Part shown: positions 1-13,031 of the stretch, in pieces
Position numbering within the stretch: position 1 is the stretch's first letter
Layout of the letters: every line of letters starts with the position of its first letter
NCBI RefSeq assembly: GCF_009914755.1
Contig: NC_060926.1
DNA length: 64,000 bases
Source of the DNA: the human T2T-CHM13v2.0 reference genome, Homo sapiens
Strand: one strand, 5' to 3'
The notes under the pieces: model-generated
What the model was told of the DNA's origin: nothing
The model's database searches: none
What the model saw: the letters and a program-made list of their open reading frames with translations, nothing else
Made by a program: the position numbers and the translations under genes

Positions 1-15
1 AAAATGATGCACATA

Positions 16-640
<625 letters not shown>

Positions 641-1894
641 AATGATCCACATAAACTGTATCACAGAATTAAAATCTCAGACTCTGCATCCTGTTTAGGG
701 AACTTAGGTGTAAACATTTGACTAAGATATCTCAAATATAAAATAGTTCATTTAACTAAGTAATAGCTCACCGCCTACTATAGTTGGAGTCCTGGACCTT
801 AAAGAATTTTCAATCTCGTTGGGGAGTGCAATCAAGCACCAGAATGAATAGTTGGTGGTTGCTGAGCCCTGCAGACAAGAAGGCACCCGAAGGGTAGGGA
901 CGGGTCTGAACCCTCCTTGGGGGAGGGATGTGGCACTTGTGGGAGTGGACCTGTCATGTTTCTTGCTGGGGTTCCACTGACGGGTCTATAGCCACAGGGT
1001 TACAAAACAGTGTGCATTTTTGCAACTGAGAACCTGGACACATTTGGCCTCTGCCCTCAGGCAGTGACAAGGCCAGCATCTGGCTGTCCACATAAATCCC
1101 ATTCTGCCCCAGAGAATTGTCACAGAAGTTGACTTCTCAGTCTGCCTCCAGCCAGGCAGTGGGCCCTCCAACCACCCAGGGAGTTCCCACCCCCATCATA
1201 GGTCACACATTTCCAAAGAGACAGGTTCCGATAAAACATTTTAATATGGATTTGGACTGGACCGAACACAGACTAGAGTTCATGGGATGCTCCAGTATTG
1301 CTAAGCCTCTGGTTCCTCATTCTGTATCCTACACTTATTGTCCTGTCTCTATGCAAAGTGCTCAATAAACTCAGGAGATGGGCTTGGCATTGTTAGTGTC
1401 ACTGAGTCCAGCCATCTATAGCAATGACAGTTATTTTAAAGGATCATTTTTCAAGTTCAGAGTGGAGTGAAATTTCCAACTGTTCATGATTTTAAATCAG
1501 TTGACTGTTATGAGAACTGAGAAACTGGTAGTTTTATTTATAGACATCTATATCAAATAAAACATTTTTGTTCTTGCAGTTGCAAAATTCTGCACAAGGT
1601 GAAATAATCCTTGCTGTGCCTGGCTGAAGTTATATCCAACAGAATGTCAATCAAAAGATTTTTCCAAAACATAGAAAAGAATAAGGGAAATAGAGATCTC
1701 ATAATGAATATTTCCAAAATTTCCTGCCATAGGAATTATTATTACCTTCAATTATAATTTTTCTAAATCTGTGTGAGCTACCCTTCTTGCTTTTAATCTT
1801 CACTTTCATTGTGTTTTACAATATTTTTCATGAAAACACATTTATTATTCTACTTTTAGATTTCCCACAAAAGAGTCTGAGCTGTCGGTTTATA

Positions 1895-2050
1895 GACTGT
1901 CAGGTTCAGAATCAGATAGACCTGGGTTCAGATCCCAACTCTGTCACTTAACACCTGTGTGACTTGGGTCAGTTCATTGACTTTTCTGAATCTGAATTTA
2001 TCCTTTGTAAAATGGGGGTTACAGTAGTTTGCCCCTCATACAGTTATGGG
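1895..2050 (+). mobile_element. MIR SINE
   Basis: MIR core: gacctgggttcagatcccaactctgtcactta...tgtgtgacttggg...ctttgtaaaatgggg. Confidence 0.75.
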
Positions 2051-4197
2051 CCAAGCTGTCTGCCTGGTTAGGTGGGTGTAACCAAGACTCCAGCCAGGGT
2101 CATCTGAGCCACAGCTTGGAGAGTAAGCCCTGTGCTGTGTGCAGCAAAGCCCAGCAGAGCTTCGGAGGCCTTATCACGGCTGCAAAGGATTGTGCAGAGT
2201 AGAAAGTCTGCAGGTGCAGGGTGGGAAAGACTTAGGCATACACCATCTGGCATGAGGCAGAAAAGCCAGTGTGGCTGCTCAGGGCAGTCTCCCTCTGTCC
2301 AGGGTGCCACTAGCAACAGCTGAGCTGCAGCTGGAGCCCAGCCCAGGTTCTGTGGCTCTCCTGGCATGGTGCCTACTTCTTCTCATCCTCCAACCAAAAG
2401 TCTGAGGTGCTTCCGAGGAAGCACTTCCCTTGGGTGGGAGCGGGTGGAGCCTGGTCAGCTTGCCCCTGCCAGCCCCTGCAGTGTCAGCTCTTCCACCCCT
2501 TCCCATTTTCTTGGCCTCAACGTGCCCACTGGGCTATGAGGCAGTCCCTCGCCCCCCTGGGTCCTCATGAAGAAGCATTTCAGGGTCTCTGGCAGGTAGC
2601 TGCAAAGCTTACTTGGGGTGGGGTGTGAAAGGCACACCGGCTGATGGAGCCCCAGGTCATGTTCATGCCTGCTGCAGGCTTCCTCACAGCCAGGAGCTGG
2701 GGGATGAGTGCAGGGTTGCCTCCGTGTAGTCCTTATGGAGAGGCGAAGGAGCCAGCCGCAGTCTCTTCCTGGCCAGACTGACAGAGTACTGACTGTCAGG
2801 CCACTCACTACCAAGAAAGGTGGAGACCCTGGCAGACAGAGGTATTTTGGGTGATAGGAGCAGGCTGAGTCCAGGGCCTGAGGACATGGTGAGGGGAACA
2901 GAGGGGAGGGACTCAGTCTGCCCTCTCTTCCTGGGTACTGAAGGTCTCCACAACACACCCCAAGGCAGCATGTTTAAAAACTAAACCCTAGCTCTTCTTT
3001 CACCTTGGCTCAGCTCCCTCCTCCTTCGCTCATTTCCCTCCTCGAGCTGTCCCACGCTGTTGGTGTAGATCCAAGCCTTGGCCTTCAGAACTCCCTGCCT
3101 GCTTCTCTATCCCTGCTGTCGGTGAGCCCTGGCATTCTTCCCTTTGGAAGACCCTACATTACCCCTGCAGCCGCCATCTGCCTTGCTCCCCATCCTCAGT
3201 CCATTGGGACTGCCTCTGGCAAGTCCTCTCTGCTCACAATTCATTTTTTCTGTCCTCCACTCGGAGGTCAGGTGCGTGGCCCTAGACCGCCAACTTCATT
3301 AAAGTCCCTGCTCCTACCCACCCACAGGAAGATGGCTGTAGCTCCCCACTGATCTCAGTGTAGGGCCGGATGCCCTAACTGGGCCGGGACAGTCAATTGG
3401 CTAGCACTGCTGCCATCTGTCCACCTCCATGCCCAGGGCAGATCCCAGGACCCTTTCCCATTGAACTCAGACCAGGCATCAGAAACCTTCTCTGCATGGC
3501 ACTGCAGGCATCAGTATGCCTCGGTGATGTGTGCACAAAAGGTGGTGGCTGCCTACCCTTGCAGCTCTGCCTGCCCACCCTGTGTCCCATGCTCACCTCC
3601 CACCACGATGCTCTGGTTCCTCTGTGTCCATGCTCTTGCACCATGAAGTTCTGGGCTGTGTCTTGCCTGATGGCATCTGTAGATAGAGTCTTGCCTCCCT
3701 GCACAGGCACACAGTCCTGGAGTCTGCAATATGCACACCCCCATAGCCCCAGCTGAGGGCCAGCTGCCTTCAGCCCAGGAAGCAGGCAGGTGTGGGTGTC
3801 CCTTTAGCTGCCTGATGAAGGAGGCCACTGCCCTAATTGGATCCTCCGCCCATCCACTCAGAAGGGCCATGACACCCACTCCTAAGGACCTGCTACGGAT
3901 ACACTAAGGAGCTGTTTGTAGAACGCTGGGCACTCTACACAGAACATGGAGTCTGAATGGGCCAAATGAGCTAAAAGGGGGATTGGGAGAGTCAAGCACT
4001 CATGGGTGCAGCAGTCACCAGGCCCCAGGCAGCTCTCATTTTGGCTCCTACTGTGTGCTGTTAGGGCTGCTCCCATCTTTCTCCCCCACCTGCAAGGAGG
4101 ATCTCCTGGGACAGAGGCCCCTGCAGAGAGTGAGCTGTGTGAGAGGGGTAGGCAGGGTCTTCCAGAGCCCAGGGCCCTCCCGTCTATGATACTGAGT

Positions 4198-4221
4198 GCC
4201 TCCTGCTTTCCTCCACAGCAG
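4198..4221 (+). promoter_or_regulatory. AMER3: 3' splice acceptor of the AMER3 coding exon (polypyrimidine tract plus tandem CAGCAG)
   Basis: gcctcctgctttcctccaCAG|CAG lies just upstream of the ATG. The 5' non-coding exons are presumably upstream of the window. Confidence 0.75.
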
Positions 4222-4237
4222 CTGGGGCACTGGCAGC

Positions 4238-6823
4238 ATGGAGCTGAAGAGAGGAAAGACCTTCATCAAGTCCAGCCTGCAGGTTTCCCACGAGAAACCC
4301 CCAGACCCAGCAGCCGTGGCTGCAGCCAGGGAGGGGACAGGCCCCTGGTCAGTCCTTCCAGGAGGGCAACAGAGGCCCCACAGTGAGAAGGGCCCCCAAG
4401 CCAGCCCCAGTGCCCAAGAATACGACAGATGCCCCAACAAAGGGGCGCAGCTGGACCCCAAAGGGGGACCCGCAGCCCTCTGTGGAGCCACCTTCAAACC
4501 GGTGCGAAAGTGCAAGACTCACGACAGCATGTCTGGGGCAGGCAGGGCCACGGCTGCCACAGGGCAGCTGGTGGGCAGTGCAAGCTTCCCGGGCTCCCCG
4601 GGCAGCCGGCGCATGATCGACTACCGCCACTTTGTGCCCCAGATGCCCTTTGTGCCAGCTGTGGCCAAGAGCATCCCGAGGAAGAGGATTTCCCTGAAGA
4701 GGCCCAAGAAGTGCTTTCGGAACCTATTCCACATTCGGAGAAACAAGACTGAGGACTTGGCCTCGCTGGCGGCCGAGGGGAAAAGCCTGCCCTCCCCAGG
4801 GGACCCGTCAGACCCTGGGGGGCGGCGAAGCAAAGCCTTCCTCCCCCCGGGTGAGGGGCCGGGGCTGGACGGCCTGTGCCAGGACCTGTTGGACAGCGAG
4901 CTCCTGGCCGATGCATCCTTTGGTCTCTGCAGGGCCCTGTGTGAGGACGTGGCCTCACTCCAGAGCTTCGACTCGCTCACGGGTTGTGGGGAGGTGTTCG
5001 CAGATGAGAGCTCGGTGCCATCTCTGGAGCTGAACGAGGGCCCGGAGAGCCCAACCCAGGCTGCTCAGGGCCTGGAGAGCAAGGTTCCCAGGGGCCCTCT
5101 CCAGGGCAGTGTGGAGCAGCTGGCCTCGCCCGCCCAGAATGAAGCCTCTGACTTCACCAGGTTCTGGGACAGTGTGAATCGCTCAGTGCGTCAGCAGCAG
5201 CGTGCCCTCCTAGGCCCGTGGCTTTCAGGCCCCCAGGGGACAGACAGGGACCAACCCCGGCTGGACACAGCTGGGCTCGCTGAGCTGCCCCTCTGCCCCT
5301 GCAGGGACCCTCGCAGCGGCTCCAAAGCCAGCTCCATCGACACAGGCACCCCCAAGAGCGAGCAGCCCGAATCCGTGTCCACAAGTGACGAGGGCTACTA
5401 TGATTCCTTCTCGCCAGGACTTGAGGAGGACAAGAAGGAAGCTGAGAGCCCAGGCACTCCTGCCGCCACCTTCCCACGGGACAGCTACAGTGGGGACGCC
5501 CTCTACGAGCTCTTCCACGACCCCAGCGAGGGTCCTCTTGGCCCCAGCCCAGATGATGACCTGTGCGTGTCTGAGAGTCTGTCAGGGCCGGCCCTGGGGA
5601 CGCCACTGTCCATATGCAGCTTCCGAGTGGGGGCCGAGGAGAACTTGGCCCCAGCACCAGGCCCTGACCTGCTCAGCCAGGGCTTCCTACAGAGCTCCTG
5701 GAAGGGCAAGGAGTGCCTGCTGAAGCTGTGTGACACTGAGCTCGCCATCACCATGGGCATCGTCAGCTGGCTGCGCCGAGGCCCCACGCCCCGTGCCCCA
5801 CCCACCCCTGGGCAGCCTGCAGCTCCACCTGGTTCCCAGGGAGCCCCTAGGGCACCCACAGAGAAGCTGGGGGGCAGGGAGGGCCTGGCCTCAGATGCAG
5901 GGGGGGCGACAGTTTGCTCAGCACCCAGCAGGCAGGAGCTGTGGGCACACCCGGGCACCACAGGCCTGCTCGCCGGAGAGAGCAAGGCCCTCGGAGGGGC
6001 CACACAAGGGACTGGCACACTGTCCAGGGATGCCTCTCGAGAGGAAGAGACACGAGGTCACTCTGAAGGCTTGTTCTCCTCTATGGAGTCTGCAGCCACT
6101 TCGACAACAGATACTTCCGGTAAAAATAAGGCCCCAGTTCCTTCTACCTGGCCCTGCTCCCAGAAGGAGCCTGGGCCACCAGGGGTCCTGGGGTGTTTCC
6201 GAGGCCCCTGGAGGCCAGGTCACGGAGGTGACACTCTGGATGCAGAGCCCATGCTGGCAGGCTGTGTGGCCCGTGTGGCAGCCCTGAAGATCAGCTCAAA
6301 CGAACAGCCCCCGGCCGCATGGCCTCCAAGGCAAGACATGGGCAGTGGGCTCTTTGGGCAGCGCTGGGCCAGGGGCCCTGACATGCTGGAGCAGAAACAG
6401 TCCAGCAGCTCCCCCAGCATGACCACCATCCATGGCCTACCCTACTCAGCCAGCACACAGGACCAGAGGTGTCGAGATCGTGTCCAGGACCTGAGCTGGC
6501 TCAGGGTGGAGCCCACCGGGCTAGGTGTCCAGGCCTGGGCCTCTGTGGAGGACCAGCCCTTGCAGCTCAGCACAGAGGCTGTGGAGCAGGTGGCACACGG
6601 CAGCCAGCTGGACTCTGAGCCCCGCTCAGCCCCTGCTGCCCGGTGGAGTTCCCAGGGCCACCATCCAGAAAGCCTGGGCCTCACTTTGAACAGCCAGCAG
6701 GAAGGGGGGGTCTCTGCAAGTGCCCCAGAATGCCGCTGCAGCCTCCTGGCCCGTGAGGGCCTCCTCTGTGGCCAGCCAGAAGTGGGGGCCTCTGGGCCAG
6801 CCATGGCTGAGCCCCATCTGTAG
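4238..6823 (+). CDS. AMER3: APC membrane recruitment protein 3 (FAM123C), 861 aa, encoded by a single coding exon
   Basis: The ORF 4196..6823 has its first ATG at 4238 (gcagcATGg), giving 861 aa that start MELKRGKTFIKSS. It contains the WTX/AMER family motifs SLQSFDSLTGCGEVFADE, SDEGYYDS and PRDSYSGDALYELF. Confidence 0.97.
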   Translation: MELKRGKTFIKSSLQVSHEKPPDPAAVAAAREGTGPWSVLPGGQQRPHSEKGPQASPSAQEYDRCPNKGAQLDPKGGPAALCGATFKPVRKCKTHDSMSGAGRATAATGQLVGSASFPGSPGSRRMIDYRHFVPQMPFVPAVAKSIPRKRISLKRPKKCFRNLFHIRRNKTEDLASLAAEGKSLPSPGDPSDPGGRRSKAFLPPGEGPGLDGLCQDLLDSELLADASFGLCRALCEDVASLQSFDSLTGCGEVFADESSVPSLELNEGPESPTQAAQGLESKVPRGPLQGSVEQLASPAQNEASDFTRFWDSVNRSVRQQQRALLGPWLSGPQGTDRDQPRLDTAGLAELPLCPCRDPRSGSKASSIDTGTPKSEQPESVSTSDEGYYDSFSPGLEEDKKEAESPGTPAATFPRDSYSGDALYELFHDPSEGPLGPSPDDDLCVSESLSGPALGTPLSICSFRVGAEENLAPAPGPDLLSQGFLQSSWKGKECLLKLCDTELAITMGIVSWLRRGPTPRAPPTPGQPAAPPGSQGAPRAPTEKLGGREGLASDAGGATVCSAPSRQELWAHPGTTGLLAGESKALGGATQGTGTLSRDASREEETRGHSEGLFSSMESAATSTTDTSGKNKAPVPSTWPCSQKEPGPPGVLGCFRGPWRPGHGGDTLDAEPMLAGCVARVAALKISSNEQPPAAWPPRQDMGSGLFGQRWARGPDMLEQKQSSSSPSMTTIHGLPYSASTQDQRCRDRVQDLSWLRVEPTGLGVQAWASVEDQPLQLSTEAVEQVAHGSQLDSEPRSAPAARWSSQGHHPESLGLTLNSQQEGGVSASAPECRCSLLAREGLLCGQPEVGASGPAMAEPHL

Positions 6824-7168
6824 GACAGGCTCACATGCACCAGGAACTGCATGTGTCTTCATGACCACTTTCAGGAGAGCCTAGGACTCAAATCTCTATC
6901 TTTTGTCCCTGATGTGGGGACTGTGTTGGGGGTGGGGGGTGGCAGGACTCAGGCATGCAGAGGGTAGCATGTTCATGTGGAGGCATCCTTGCCTGAACCC
7001 ACCAGCTCAGGCAGCCCACCGCCAAAGACAGCGCGAAGCTGCAACCACCTAGCTGCTCCTCATGCAGGGGCTGGAGAGAGGGGCTAGGGCTTGAAACTGA
7101 GGGGGAGAAAGAGCTGCACATTGTAAATGGGAAGCAGAGAGCCAATGAGTCTGCCTGGGATGTGTGTG

Positions 7169-8363
7169 AATCCCAAAAGACGCAATCCCAAATGCCATAG
7201 TCCCAAGTGTTGAGAATCCAAAATATTAAAATTACTATACTCTAAAATCCGAAAATCACAATCCCAAAAGATCTAAATCCTGGAAATATAATTCTGGGAA
7301 AATTTTTTTTTAATTTTTTAAAAGATACTTACATTTTAAAAGGATTTATTTGAGAAACATAAAAACACAACAGAACACATCAGCCACTTCACACAATAAA
7401 ATAGGCAATAATACATATTTTTGGAAGCATAAACAGGTATACAGACAGTTACACCGGTGTGAGTTATTAGCAGACAAACTATATTCATGAAGAAATAGGT
7501 CAAAATGGGAAATGTATACATGCATGTCACTATGCTTGGTAATTGTGTGCACCTCGCTTTATACTTGCAGTCATATCATGACCAACAACCTAAGTCTTTT
7601 GACGAAGTCAATCTATGATGCGTCACCACCACACACACAGTTGCCCAAAGAGCGGAGATGGCAAGAACTTTCATCTCTCACAATTGCAGATGTACAAAAA
7701 TTACATCTCTTCATTTATTGAGGAAGTTTTGACGTTTTTATACACACGCACAATGCTTACACACACAGTCAACCTGGGATGCCGGCAGGGTGGCTCAGGA
7801 CGAAAGCCTCAGGACCCAGGAGGGCCATGGGTGTAAGTTCCAGAGTCCAAAGGCCAGCGAGCCTGAAGCTCTGATGTCAAGGCAGTGGAAGAAAAGCCTG
7901 TCCCAGCTCTGAGAGAGAGACCAGTTTGCCTTCTTTATTTGTTCTCCCTGGGCCTCAGCAGATTGAATGCTGCCCACCAACATTGAGGGTGGATCTTCCA
8001 CACCTAGGCCCCTCAGATTCACACACTAATCTCTGGAAACACCTCACAGACATGCCCAGAATAATGATCTCCCAGGTCTCTAGGTATCCCTTAACCCAGT
8101 CGAGTTCACACCCAAAATGAAGTCCACAGGTCCACCCCTTGTCAACTTGGCATCCATCCGCATCCCCTTAAACCATTTTCAGTCTCCAAATAAAGCCCCA
8201 AGCAAGGCAGTAGCTCCACCTAACATGATGCAACTATCCCGGGATTGTGATTTTTAAGACTTTAGATGTTAGGGATTTGAAACTTTAGAGATTTGCGTCT
8301 TTCAGTATTTCAATGTTGGGGACCAGTGTTTGGGATTATGTCTTTTAGAATAATGATCCAAAC
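7169..8363. mobile_element. Ricksha-type non-autonomous MuDR DNA transposon
   Basis: Imperfect ~100-120 bp terminal inverted repeats at 7169-7265 and 8241-8363, built of aatccc units and ending tgatccaaac. The internal MLT2/ERV-L cargo is characteristic of Ricksha. Confidence 0.8.
7775..8200 (-). mobile_element. MLT2B-like LTR fragment plus adjacent ERV-L 3' end and polypurine tract, carried inside the Ricksha element
   Basis: MLT2 hallmark ggaaacacctcacagacatgcccagaataatg...cccaaaatgaagtccaca, followed by ggtccaccccttgtcaacttg (complement of the ERV-L polypurine tract). Confidence 0.75.
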
Positions 8364-8527
8364 TTGTGTGAGGACTGTGAGGCTCAGGGTGGGAGACGGG
8401 TGGGGGAGCCGACCTTAGGAGGGCCCACTGAACCGGCCTCAATCTGGCCCCAGTCTGGCCTACTCGCTGCCCCAGGACAGGTGGCTACAACATGCTGAGG
8501 GCCTGAAGGGCGTCCCCTCAGGAACAT

Positions 8528-8955
<428 letters not shown>

Positions 8956-9630
8956 CCAGCATCATGCATCCCTGTGCGCCCTGCCAGGGCTGGCGGGACC
9001 CTCCCACCCTTGTTGATGGGCAGTGCTAGATTATTTGTCACGAATCATCCCCTACAAACAATGATTTCCCTCCGCTTGCACTCTCTAACTAGAGCCATGG
9101 ATGGCCAAATGCTTTTTGGGAAGAAGCCAATGGATTCTCCTCGGCTCTGCCTGCAAGTAACAAAGGCTTTTGACTCCACTCCCTCCACGCTGTCAGATCG
9201 CCATTCCCCTTCAGGAAAACTTCGAATGGGGCTGTGGACCTCACTCCCCAAAATGTCACAACACATGTGCAGCACCCCGACATTCAGAACCATGAAGGGA
9301 GAAGGTGGCTGGTGTCTGTAGGAGGGACAGGTGTCCGTCCTGGGCCAGTGTCAGGCCAGCAGGTGCAGGGACAGATGGGCCATCCACATTCTCCAAGATT
9401 AGCTTCTACCTCAACCAGCACACCTCAGCAAGATGCCAGGATTGGGCTCCACAGGCAGCCATGAAATGGGTTTCTGGAGGAAAGATCAGCACAGGAAAAG
9501 GGGTCAGTCAGGTCGCAGGCAAAGTGCTAGGGAAATCCCATCTCATGCAGAGCTCCCACCAAGAGGAGCGTGAGTTGTGCTGTCCTGGCTCGAGAAGAAG
9601 GCAGCACAGGATCTGTAGCTGAGGGTGGCC

Positions 9631-9649
9631 CTCCCACCAGGGGACGCTG
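9631..9649 (+). promoter_or_regulatory. Candidate CTCF site
   Basis: ctcCCACCAGGGGACGCtg has one mismatch to the CCACCAGGGGGCGC core. Confidence 0.45.
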
Positions 9650-9899
9650 GTCAGTGCCTCTCCTGACTGCCTGACGCTTGGTCTCCGGTGGCCCTCTCTC
9701 ACCAGGGCTCCCTGAGGCCTGCTGCAAGCAGGACACAGGCTGCACATCACAGGTTCCAAAGTGTGCAGCAAGGCTTCTGACCAGGCCCGTCCAGATCTGG
9801 AGCCCCTGTGGAGCCACATCTGAGCCCTCCTCCCAAGACTCACACACAGGACCACAGCAGCATCACTGAGCCGAGCTGGGGGCAAGTTTCACCAGATTC

Positions 9900-10050
9900 G
9901 CTTACCTGATCCTTGCATCAACCTCAATGCAGTTGTCAGCCCCATTTTTCAGACCTGGACACGGAGGCACAGGGTGCTGGTGTGACTTGCCCACAGTTAT
10001 TAGTGTGTGAGGTGATGGGTTTTGTCCCGTCCCAGCTCCAAAGGCCCTGC
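9900..10050 (-). mobile_element. MIR SINE fragment
   Basis: ccccatttttcagac...ggaggcacagg...gtgacttgcccacagtta. Confidence 0.6.
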
Positions 10051-11416
10051 TCTTCCTCAAGCTCCAGAACCTCTCACTGAGCTCCTGCAGTGAAGTCCCC
10101 CCTCAGAGCCCTCAGCCCTTCCTGCTTTCAGGCTCCAGATGTCAGAGCACCCTTGGGTGCCAGCCACAAGTGGCCCTCCAGCAGGCTGAGCACCCAGGGG
10201 GAGGCTGCCCTGACTCAACCCCAGCCTGGGGCTTTGTGCTGCACCTGAGGGAGTAGCCGCTCTGTAAATCCTTGTTGAAAGAATGAAGTGTCAAAAGGTT
10301 GTGCGTGCTTTTCTGATTTCTTGTTGACCATAAGCCTTGTGTCTGGAGGGCGACTCTGGCCTGAGTGCCAGCCGCCTCCCCGCTGGCAGAGACAGAACAC
10401 TCCCTTGTGCCATGCTGTGATGCGGTGACTCGTGGTGATGGAGAGCCCAGCCAGGCCCAACGGCGCTGGGAAGGGCAGGAATCCAGGCGGTCAGGGAGTG
10501 GTCAGGAGGGCCTAGGGTCCAGAGAGGAGCAAAGGGTGCCCAGGACCCGGGCCATGTGGAGGCGTGGTCTACAGTGACCCGGCTGCAGGGCCATGCCTCC
10601 TGGGAGGACCCACTGGCCTCGGCTCTCCACTTGGGGGCACTATAGACAACCTCAGAACCCCAGATTCGAATTCAGCATCTGGGCCTGGGGTCCCAGGAGT
10701 GGCCTGCTAGGCACCCTGCTGGGGGATGGAGGGGGCAGCGTGAGCTCCCTCAGGGTGATCTCTCTCTGTCTGCACCCCACCCTCAGCCTGTTTTTCCCTG
10801 CAGGCCTCAGGGTGACCCACTGTGGATAAAGAAGGGAACTTCAAGCCCAGCTCCCGGGACACGTGCCTAGCCCAGTGCCGGGAGCAGAAGAGGCTGGCTG
10901 GGCATGTTCAGACCTCCCTGGTCATTTCCAGCCCTCTCATCCACACATGGATGGCTGTAGAGGTGACAGCAGATTTCCCCACGTGAAATAAAATCCTGAG
11001 AAGTCAGTCCAGTTGCCCTAAGCTCACAGCTGTCCCACAGAGCTTGAGTGGCTCGCCCAGGCTCCCAGAGTCCCACAGGTTGTGGAAAAGGGGTTTGCCC
11101 AGGGGCCGTGCACTGGGGCTTCCAACCTGCCACTGCCACGTTGTGCTGGGAAGCTGGGAACATTGGGTAGGGCCAGGAGGGAGAGAGGGAAGAGGACAGG
11201 GAGGACGGGCAGGAAGCGCTGAAGAAGAGAAGGGGCGAAGGCCAGCACAGGCAGGGAGAGACTGCAGACCACATCCCAGGATGCTTCATGTCTTTCTTGG
11301 TTTCCTATTTTATTTTATTTTCTGGAATGGGAATAAATACACAGGATACAAAACTCAGAAGGCACAGCAGGGAAACAGTGAAAGTCGAATCTCCATCCTT
11401 CCTTCCTCAGCCCTCT

Positions 11417-11874
11417 GTTGTTACAAAATTAATCCACTCTGACAGAAGACAAAGTTGCAACAAATTTCATTACAGATCTAATTGGCTTTTATTTGTGATT
11501 GGTGAATGCGGCAGCCTCCATTCTACAAAACAGAATGAGAGCTGCTCCAGGCAATGACGGAACACTGAGTTTTGTAAGGTGGGGGCAAAAAAACAGTAAC
11601 AGGAAAGAAGCTGATCAGTTAACAACAGGCTACTTCAGGTGACTTCATTGTAAGGGCTGAAGCAGAGGGGCTTGCTTATCACACGGACTCCAGGACACTG
11701 GAATCTCTCATTTCCAGGAAAAACTGGTCTGTTTTGGAATCTATCTGCTTAAAGTTTCAGTTTGGTGATGTGGCATTTAGCACAAGTGACTGCATTGGGG
11801 TTTGGTCTGGTCTGTTGGGATCTGGGGCAGGAGCTCAGTCCAGAGCCAGGGCCACCTGGGATTGTGTTTTCACA
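11417..11874 (-). mobile_element. ERV1-class solo LTR (MER4 group, MER31/MER67-like)
   Basis: TG...CA termini. The segment gtgactgcattggggtttggtctggtctgttggg...caggagctcagtcc is typical of this LTR group in reverse orientation. Confidence 0.6.
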
Positions 11875-11982
11875 ACAGTGACTACACCCAATCCAAACAG
11901 CCCCAGTGCACAGGCCCCTTCCCTCCTTTTCTCCAGCCCTGGTGGGAGACGTCAGACTCTTTGCATTCCCGTGACATACATA

Positions 11983-13031
<1,049 letters not shown>

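Noticed and set aside
4196-4237. N-terminal extension MPPAFLHSSWGTGS of the 875-aa ORF
   Set aside because: It starts at GTG inside the polypyrimidine tract of the splice acceptor. The true start is the ATG at 4238.
4006-6868. Many overlapping alternative-frame and antisense ORFs across AMER3 (up to 185 aa)
   Set aside because: Expected shadows of a GC-rich coding exon, with no recognisable domains.
7169-7290. Periodic aatccc units resembling a tandem or CRISPR-like array
   Set aside because: Explained as the sub-repeats of the Ricksha terminal inverted repeat. There is no repeat-spacer structure and the DNA is eukaryotic.
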